From positions 1,824 to 65,823 of the forward strand of contig JBDSMH010000017.1 of assembly GCA_039915945.1 (NCBI GenBank): a stretch of 64,000 bases of DNA. The letters are read 5' to 3'. The stretch comes from Acidimicrobiales bacterium. GTDB lineage: Bacteria; Actinomycetota; Acidimicrobiia; Acidimicrobiales; WLNW01. Below are positions 58,565 through 64,000 of the stretch, piece after piece. Both the position numbers and the translations under genes were made by a program. Every line of letters begins with the position of its first letter. Position 1 is the first letter of the stretch. The notes beneath the pieces are model-generated. The model was given only the letters and a program-made list of their open reading frames with translations, was not told the origin of the DNA and made no database searches.

Positions 58565-58667
58565 GTTCTTGCGTCCCTCTAGCTCCTCAGCAGCGTTCAA
58601 AAATCTACCCTTACGTAAAGGTACAGTCCAAGGGAGACCATGCTGTGTTGTTTCGTGAAAGGTTGCA

Positions 58668-58853
58668 ATGCCAACGACCAATGACATCGTCGTCGTCACC
58701 GGCGCCGCGAGTGGTATCGGTGCCGCGCTGGCCCGGCGGCTCCACCAACGGGGTGCTCGCCTCGTACTCGCCGACATCGATGTCGACAACTTGCGCGAAC
58801 TCGCCGACGAACTCGGCGCGGCCGCGCGGTGGTTCGGCTCGGCGCTGACGTAG
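58668..58853 (+). pseudogene. 5' fragment of an SDR oxidoreductase gene (first ~55 codons only)
   Basis: MPTTNDIVVVTGAASGIGAALARRLHQRGARLVLADIDVDNLRELADELG, then junk and a TAG stop. No remainder of the SDR fold lies downstream. Confidence 0.7.
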
Positions 58854-59266
58854 GTCGGTCGATCAGTCGTCGTCGCGATACGCACGGCGACGCGGTCGTT
58901 GCAACGCGCGTTCCAAGCGATCGTCTCGGCCGTGCGCAAAGCCGCAACAACGCTCGGCCACTTGGCCCGTGCAGCCGCGGTTCGATTCTGGACCGCCGGC
59001 GCGGCTCTTGCGCGCGCACTGACCCGGCCTGTCGCCGCGCTGGTCCGAGATCCGAAGAGCGCGACGGCGTGACCTACGGCCCGACCAATGACGCGAACCG
59101 CCGCGCTGACCGCCTTCGCGGCGGCGCGGAGCGCGGCCAGTGCGCGGCGGCCCAGCGCGACAGTGGCACGTGCCGCAGCGCGCATGGCGGCCGCGACCGC
59201 CGTGGTGAAGGAGCGGACCGGGAGAAGGACTCGCTTCAGGACTGTTGCGATGGCTCTGGCGGCGGC

Positions 59267-59543
59267 GCGTAGCGCGACGAGCAAACGGCGGCCGAGTGCG
59301 AGGGTGGCGCGCCCTGCGGTGCGAAGTGCGACTGCGCCGGCTTTGGCGAACGCGCGCACTGCGACCGCGCACCGCTTGACGATCGCAAAGATTGTCCTAG
59401 TAGCGGTGCGAATCGGTGTCGTACCGGTGCGGGCAACCATGCGTAGTGCGACGAGTAGACGGCGGCCGAGTGCGAGGGTGGCGCGCCCGGCGGTGCGTAG
59501 TGCGACTGCGCCGGCTTTGGCGAACGCCCGCACTGCGACGGCG
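59267..59543. repeat. direct repeat, two 103-bp copies (about 92% identical) at a 174-bp (58-codon) period inside an Ala/Arg-rich array
   Basis: 59267-59369 aligns base by base with 59441-59543, with 8 mismatches by hand. A more diverged third unit lies at about 59093-59266. Confidence 0.85.
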
Positions 59544-59578
59544 TCCTCCGTCAGGCTGCGCGCGCGATCGGGCGCGCG

Positions 59579-59986
59579 TTGCTGCGCCCTGTCGTGCTGG
59601 TGGTACGCGCGTCATACAACGCCGTGCGTAGCGTCGGGAGTCTGGCGGTGGCGGGCACTCGTCGTGTGATGCGCTTGGTGACTTCTCACGTAACCCCGAT
59701 CGTGCGGCGTGCGCTGCTCGTGGTCGCGGTAGCGAGCAAGTCGATCACGACGTCGGCCGCCCGCGTCGTTCGCTCGGTCGCACGCCCCTTCGCGGCCGGC
59801 GGTCGTCAGGCCCGCCTGCTGGGCGGCTCGGTCGTCAACCAGTTTCGTGCTGCGACTGGACGAATCGGCAGGCGCATTCGTTCGACCGCACGGTCAACAC
59901 GAGCCAATGCTCGCCGCGGTGTCGACGATGCGCGTGAGGGAGTCAGGCGATGGGCCAAGACGGTCTCGCGAAACAAGAAGCGGTAA
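59579..59986 (+). CDS. hypothetical very basic Arg/Ala/Val-rich protein (about 135 aa)
   Basis: The third-position GC signal supports this plus frame after about 59600. ...AVRSVGSLAVAGTRRVMRLV...AARVVRSVARPF...RAATGRIGRRIRSTARSTRANARRGV...SRNKKR with a stop, followed by a lower-GC spacer. The start is unclear: TTG 59579, and the frame is open from 59501. Confidence 0.35.
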   Translation: MLRPVVLVVRASYNAVRSVGSLAVAGTRRVMRLVTSHVTPIVRRALLVVAVASKSITTSAARVVRSVARPFAAGGRQARLLGGSVVNQFRAATGRIGRRIRSTARSTRANARRGVDDAREGVRRWAKTVSRNKKR

Positions 59987-60318
59987 CGCGCCACAGCTGG
60001 GACAATTGAGCTGAGCGACACCGAACGCGAGCGTGTGTGGGATGCAGCGGCCAGAGAAAAAACAGCGCGACTTCGGGTGAGGCGGGTGAGCGAACATTCA
60101 CCCCATCGCGGCGACTCAAGATCTCTCTCGAGTGGTCGATAAAGAACTAACGGGTGCTGACATCGCATCCTATTGCCGGGGTTGCCGGACGTGGCCTGAC
60201 GATTAGTTGTATAGGCGCCTCCCCTACAACCCGGTTCAGAAGATCGTTTCGTACCGGGGGCAACCCTCTACGGCGGCGGTGCTGCTGGTAGCGATGTCCC
60301 GTACGAACTGAGAGATCA

Positions 60319-61575
60319 ATGAAGACATCCGCCGTGCCGTTGCGCCGTCTGTTTGCCGTCGTGCTCGCGATCACAATGGGAGGTGCGGTGCTCTCCTTGG
60401 GAGGCACTGCGTATGCCGCCGATGTGGCCACGGTGCCGCTTGGTACATCGGTCAACTATTCGGTGCTTGGTGGATCGACGGTGACCAACACCGGGGCCAC
60501 CGTCCTCCACGCCAGCCTCGGGCTTTCGCCCGGCACGTCGATCACCGGCTTTCCACCGGGATTGGTCAACGCGCCCGGCACCACGGACATCGCAAATCCG
60601 GCCGCGCAACAAGCGCAGGTAGACCTCACCGCCGCGTACGTCAACGCTGCCGGTAGACCGATCAACGCCACGACGACCGCCGATCTCGCGAACCTCACAC
60701 TCGTAGGAGGTGTCTACTCCGGGCCCAGCAAGTCGCCGCTGAGCCTCACGGGGCCGCTCGTCCTCGACGGGGCCGGCAACAACGACACTGTGTTCATTTT
60801 CCAAACCGACTCAACGCTGACCACGGCATCGAGCAGCACCATCACGCTGATCAACGGCGCGCAAGAGTGCAACGTCTTCTGGCAGGTCGGTAGCTCGGCC
60901 ACGCTCGGAACGGGCTCGGTCTTCGCCGGCAACATCTTGGCGCTGTCGTCGATCACGGTAACCACCGGCGTAACCGTGCATGGCCGGGCGCTCGCCCGCA
61001 ATGCTGCGGTGACGTTGGACAACGACACCTTCACCGTGCCGACTTGTGCGAACACGATCACCGGCGGACGTCAGGCACCTCCCACGACCACCCCACCCGA
61101 GGCACCCGTCGCTCAGCCCGGAACTCCCACTGGGCAACTCGGTGTGCCGCCAACGAGCCTCGCCTTCACCGGCCCCCGCATCGTGTTGCCGCTCGTACTG
61201 GCCCTCGTGTTTCTCACGCTCGGCGCCGCCGCGCTGACCTTCGACCGGTCACGCGCGCAGAGGCCCTACGGCCCGACGCTCAGAAATACAGGTGCCAAGG
61301 CGAACGAACTGCGCCACGATGTTGCGACATCGCCGAGTGCAGGAGGTCGACGTTGGCTGGTCTCGAAGCAAGCACCCCGGTCACTACCGAACGTGAGTTG
61401 CGCGAACTACTCGGCCATCCAGGGCCTGGCGTCGCCGCCAAAGACCGCCCGTCGCTCGATGACTACGACCGACAGTGGCTCGCACACTCGCCGTTCTGTC
61501 TCGTCGCAACATCGGCTGCCGACGGCACGTGCGACGTATCGCCCAAGGGTGATCCTCCCGGGTTCACCTTCGTAG
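60319..61575 (+). CDS. DUF3494 (ice-binding-like beta-helix) surface protein with signal peptide and LAFTG sortase signal
   Basis: Signal peptide ...GGTAYAA. VNYSVLGGSTVTNTG...GLSPGTSITGFPPG...VFIFQTDSTL...NVFWQVGSSATLG...GRALARNAAVTL. LAFTG plus a TM segment plus DRSRAQR ends at about 61270. The frame then runs on for about 100 low-quality codons into the next gene. Confidence 0.8.
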   Translation: MKTSAVPLRRLFAVVLAITMGGAVLSLGGTAYAADVATVPLGTSVNYSVLGGSTVTNTGATVLHASLGLSPGTSITGFPPGLVNAPGTTDIANPAAQQAQVDLTAAYVNAAGRPINATTTADLANLTLVGGVYSGPSKSPLSLTGPLVLDGAGNNDTVFIFQTDSTLTTASSSTITLINGAQECNVFWQVGSSATLGTGSVFAGNILALSSITVTTGVTVHGRALARNAAVTLDNDTFTVPTCANTITGGRQAPPTTTPPEAPVAQPGTPTGQLGVPPTSLAFTGPRIVLPLVLALVFLTLGAAALTFDRSRAQRPYGPTLRNTGAKANELRHDVATSPSAGGRRWLVSKQAPRSLPNVSCANYSAIQGLASPPKTARRSMTTTDSGSHTRRSVSSQHRLPTARATYRPRVILPGSPS

Positions 61576-61991
61576 TCGACGACACAACCGTCGCGATCCC
61601 CGAGCGCCCCGGCAATCGGCGCGCCGACGGGTTTCGCAACGTCTTGTCGAATCCGCATATCGGGCTCATCTACCTCGTGCCCGGGCGCACCGACACCTTG
61701 CGTATCAACGGCAAGGCCACGCTCGTGCGCGACGCTCCCTTCTTCCAGCAGATGACGGTGAAGGGCCATCGCCCCATACTTGCGGTGGTCGTAGAGATCG
61801 AACAGATCTTCTACCACTGCTCGAAAGCGTTCCTTCGTTCGGATCTGTGGCAACCGTCGTCATGGAATCCAACCGCCTTGCCAACGCGCGCCGAGATCTC
61901 GCACCGACTCGAGCGGCCCAACGAAACTCTCGCCGATCTCGAGCGCTACTACGGCCCGCAGTACGCGGATGGCTTGTACAACGCGGGTTGA
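61353..61991 (+). CDS. pyridoxamine 5'-phosphate oxidase-family FMN-binding protein
   Basis: AGGAGG RBS plus TTG 61353. ...SPFCLVATSAADGTCDVSPKGDPPGF...PERPGNRRADGFRNVLSNPHIGLIYLVPGRTDTLRINGKA. Confidence 0.75.
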   Translation: MAGLEASTPVTTERELRELLGHPGPGVAAKDRPSLDDYDRQWLAHSPFCLVATSAADGTCDVSPKGDPPGFTFVVDDTTVAIPERPGNRRADGFRNVLSNPHIGLIYLVPGRTDTLRINGKATLVRDAPFFQQMTVKGHRPILAVVVEIEQIFYHCSKAFLRSDLWQPSSWNPTALPTRAEISHRLERPNETLADLERYYGPQYADGLYNAG

Positions 61992-62030
61992 ACTTCGACG
62001 GTGCGCAGCGGCCGAGCGCCGAGCGGCAAG

Positions 62031-63086
62031 CTATGCCTTGGCGATGCGGTAGACGGTGCCCGTCGACCAGTCACCGACGAGCACTTCACCGTGCGCACCG
62101 ACGATCACCGGCACTGGATTCTTCAAGCCGGTGAGAAACGGGTACACGGTACCGGTATAGCCCGTGCCGTCGCGCGCCAACGCGACGCGTTGCACCTTGC
62201 CGTCGGCCCATTCGGCGACAACTGCCGCCGTGCCGATCGTCGAGCCGAGCTGCCCGGTGACTATTGCGACTCCGCTCACCGCCGCATGTGCATCGAGCGC
62301 GGCGATCGGCTGTGGCACATCGGTACACGCGAGGCCACCCTGACCGTAGCAATCGGGGAAGCCCCAGGCGTCGTCTTGGCGCACCACGGAGAGCCAGTCG
62401 CCCGGTGTCTGCGGGTCGAGATCGTCGCGCTGGTTCATGGTCACGAACAGGTCACTCGTCTGCGGGAAGTAGATGAGACCGACCGGAGCCCGAATGCCGC
62501 TCGCAAACACTGCAATGTCGCTTCCGTCGGGCTTGAACGACACGATCGCCGCGGAGTATTCCGACACAGGGACACAACTGTCGCACGGCGCGGAGATGCC
62601 CATGAGCATGCGGCCATCGGGTGCGAGCACGATGTTGCCGGGCTTGCCTACATTTGCCGGCAGTTCGATGATTCGCTCATGTCTCGCGAACTGCGTTCCA
62701 TCGAAGCCGGCATAGACATCGACGCCGCTCGCCGACGCAACGTACAGCGAGTCTTGATACCAGAGAAGACCCATCGGCGTGTGCAGCGAACCGACGACTT
62801 TCGTCGGGGTTGCACCGACTTCGGTCGCCACGTACAACGCGTCTCGACCTTCGTCTTCGAAGTCCGCGGTCGTGATCCAGAGGCCATTGCTCGAGTCGAA
62901 TGCGAGCGCTGACACCGACGGCAAGCCCTTCGTGTAGACCGTCGCCCGCAATCCGGCAGGGCCGTTCAACCCTGCGCCGATGTTGACAAGCACATCGGTC
63001 TGCGGCGCAGCAACAGTGCTTGCCGCGCACCCTGTCGCGACGAGCACCACCGCCGCGATCGACACCAGAAGCCGATTCGATCTCAT
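62031..63086 (-). CDS. lipoprotein, PQQ-dependent sugar (sorbosone/glucose) dehydrogenase-like beta-propeller
   Basis: Lipobox LVATGCAAS. ...GIRAPVGLIYFPQTSDLFVTMNQRDDL...PDCYG... propeller pattern. Confidence 0.7.
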   Translation of the reverse strand: MRSNRLLVSIAAVVLVATGCAASTVAAPQTDVLVNIGAGLNGPAGLRATVYTKGLPSVSALAFDSSNGLWITTADFEDEGRDALYVATEVGATPTKVVGSLHTPMGLLWYQDSLYVASASGVDVYAGFDGTQFARHERIIELPANVGKPGNIVLAPDGRMLMGISAPCDSCVPVSEYSAAIVSFKPDGSDIAVFASGIRAPVGLIYFPQTSDLFVTMNQRDDLDPQTPGDWLSVVRQDDAWGFPDCYGQGGLACTDVPQPIAALDAHAAVSGVAIVTGQLGSTIGTAAVVAEWADGKVQRVALARDGTGYTGTVYPFLTGLKNPVPVIVGAHGEVLVGDWSTGTVYRIAKA

Positions 63087-63123
63087 CGTGGCGCGATCAC
63101 GAGCGGGTGCGAGCAGGCCTCGG

Positions 63124-63164
63124 CATGGTGGCGCGGATGGGGGGGGTCAGCCCGCGCCACCATG
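63124..63164. other. perfect 13-bp inverted repeat with G8-containing loop
   Basis: CATGGTGGCGCGG-ATGGGGGGGGTCAGC-CCGCGCCACCATG sits between the small secreted-protein gene and the dehydrogenase-like gene (both on the minus strand). Confidence 0.5.
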
Positions 63165-63175
63165 CTTGGATCTGC

Positions 63176-63487
63176 TCAGTACCTCGCGGACCGCACGCGG
63201 AACGCGGCGGGCGACGCTGACGACGACGCGCCCGACGTGTCCGGCGCAGTCTGCGTGCCCGAGTCGCCGCCCATGTTGGGGCAGTTGCCTTCGTGATCCC
63301 GCGGAGCGGGCGTCGCCGGCGCAGGCGTGCCCGGCGTGGTCGGCGTGGTTGGCTCCGTCTGCGCCGGAGCGGTGGTTGAAGGAGTATCGGTCTGTGCGGA
63401 AGCGCTGAATGGATTCAGGACAGTCAGCGCGAACGATGCGCTGGCAATGCCCAATGCGGTGATGCCGGTCGTTACGACCTTCCTCAT
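63176..63487 (-). CDS. small secreted Pro/Thr-rich protein
   Basis: MRKVVTTGITALGIASASFALTVLNPFSASA signal peptide, then a PTTPGTPAPATPAP low-complexity stretch. AGGTG RBS before ATG 63487. Confidence 0.55.
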   Translation of the reverse strand: MRKVVTTGITALGIASASFALTVLNPFSASAQTDTPSTTAPAQTEPTTPTTPGTPAPATPAPRDHEGNCPNMGGDSGTQTAPDTSGASSSASPAAFRVRSARY

Positions 63488-63650
63488 ACGGTGCACCTTT
63501 CATTTGTGGTGGATTCGCAAGGGCATCATGCGCTCGGGCACATAAGGCAGGCATGAAACCAAAGTGAGAATCAGGTGAGAGGAATCGCTCGCAGGACGTG
63601 AACTATGATCGTGCGGTTCGCGGGGTCGGCGAGCAAGTGGGGGCACGATC

Positions 63651-64000
63651 ATGGATACTGCGACAACGCGTGCACAACTGTGCAGCGACCACGATTTCGC
63701 GCTCGACGTGCCGGGCTTCCACGAGGAGATGGCGCGGCTGCGCCGAGATCACCCCGTCGCGTATGTGCCGTTCCATGGGGGCACCGCGTACCTCCTGACC
63801 ACCTACCGCGATGTCGAGCGCGCGTTCCTCGACGAAGCGACCCTTCCCGCCGAAGCTGCCTATCGACTGCACAGCGAGCCGGTGATGGGTCGCACGTTGC
63901 AATGCATGACTGGCCGCGAACACACGCGCAATCGTGCACTTGTCTTCCCGGCGTTTCGCGCGCGGCTCATGCCCGACTACGTCGACCCGATCCTCGCGCC
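63651..64000 (+). CDS. cytochrome P450 (N-terminal part; continues beyond window)
   Basis: ATG 63651, open to the window end and therefore absent from the ORF track. ...HPVAYVPFHGGTAYLLTTYRDVERAF...MTGREHTRNRALVFPAF is the typical P450 N-terminal region. Confidence 0.75.
   Translation, partial: MDTATTRAQLCSDHDFALDVPGFHEEMARLRRDHPVAYVPFHGGTAYLLTTYRDVERAFLDEATLPAEAAYRLHSEPVMGRTLQCMTGREHTRNRALVFPAFRARLMPDYVDPILA

Noticed and set aside
58565-59533. N-terminal 322 codons of the 749-aa track ORF 57284..59533, which would fuse the Ala/Arg repeats to the pectate lyase.
   Set aside because: A clean lipoprotein signal peptide (MAKRSPRRRRVCWLLVAAVPTIFVFGCS) with an RBS starts at 58564. The stretch 58668-58853 is the antisense of an unmistakable SDR N-terminus. 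The continuous frame is therefore a stop-free artefact across unrelated segments.
59072-59615. 8-bp inverted repeat ATGACGCG / CGCGTCAT (59088-59095 and 59608-59615) as recombination sites flanking the minus-strand repeat module.
   Set aside because: It is too short to distinguish from chance in GC-rich DNA, and no recombinase gene lies nearby. The idea is kept only as a hypothesis inside the repeat-locus finding.

Overview
High-GC (about 65%) actinobacterial-type chromosomal segment. I had no search tools, so every family call rests on motifs I recognise in the translations, and start codons are often uncertain.

Nt 1-40,400 is dense core and housekeeping DNA:
- cyclophilin, aat, acyl-CoA carboxylase beta and epsilon subunits, a LOG protein, an EF-G paralog, LigC-type ligase, a 5'-3' exonuclease
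- methylmalonyl-CoA epimerase and a DivIVA-like protein
- the Bacillus-like ffs(SRP RNA)-dnaX-ybaB-recR block
- two tRNA-Ser genes flanking an HD-GYP protein and tadA
- an ArsR-ArsC fusion operon, an MFS/ABC exporter pair, xseAB, prfC
- a thiolase-like/DUF35 pair, class I fumarase, an LLM oxidoreductase and a P450

Downstream of a tRNA-Ala (40347-40420) the segment becomes mosaic, locally lower in GC and rich in decayed genes. It holds gpmI, an ArsR-SRPBCC pair, amt, surface or secreted proteins and several pseudogene remnants.

Most notable observations:
1. A Bcp-type peroxiredoxin (55613-56080) is hidden from the ORF track by a single in-frame TGA exactly at the peroxidatic Cys position. A SECIS-like hairpin follows it, so it is either a candidate selenoprotein or a very recent pseudogene.
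2. A 917-aa fusion joins a CPA2 cation/proton antiporter to the C-terminal (degenerate HD plus two ACT) part of GlnD. It is divergent from amt, and no glnK is present.
3. An Ala/Arg-rich 174-bp (58-codon) repeat locus (58854-59986) has paralogous modules on both strands and abuts a truncated SDR gene.
4. A promoter-plus-terminator-delimited candidate sRNA lies between the DivIVA-like gene and recR.
5. There are short tandem arrays of 18-nt units (x9) and 14-nt units (x5).

No CRISPR array, transposase or integrase was seen.
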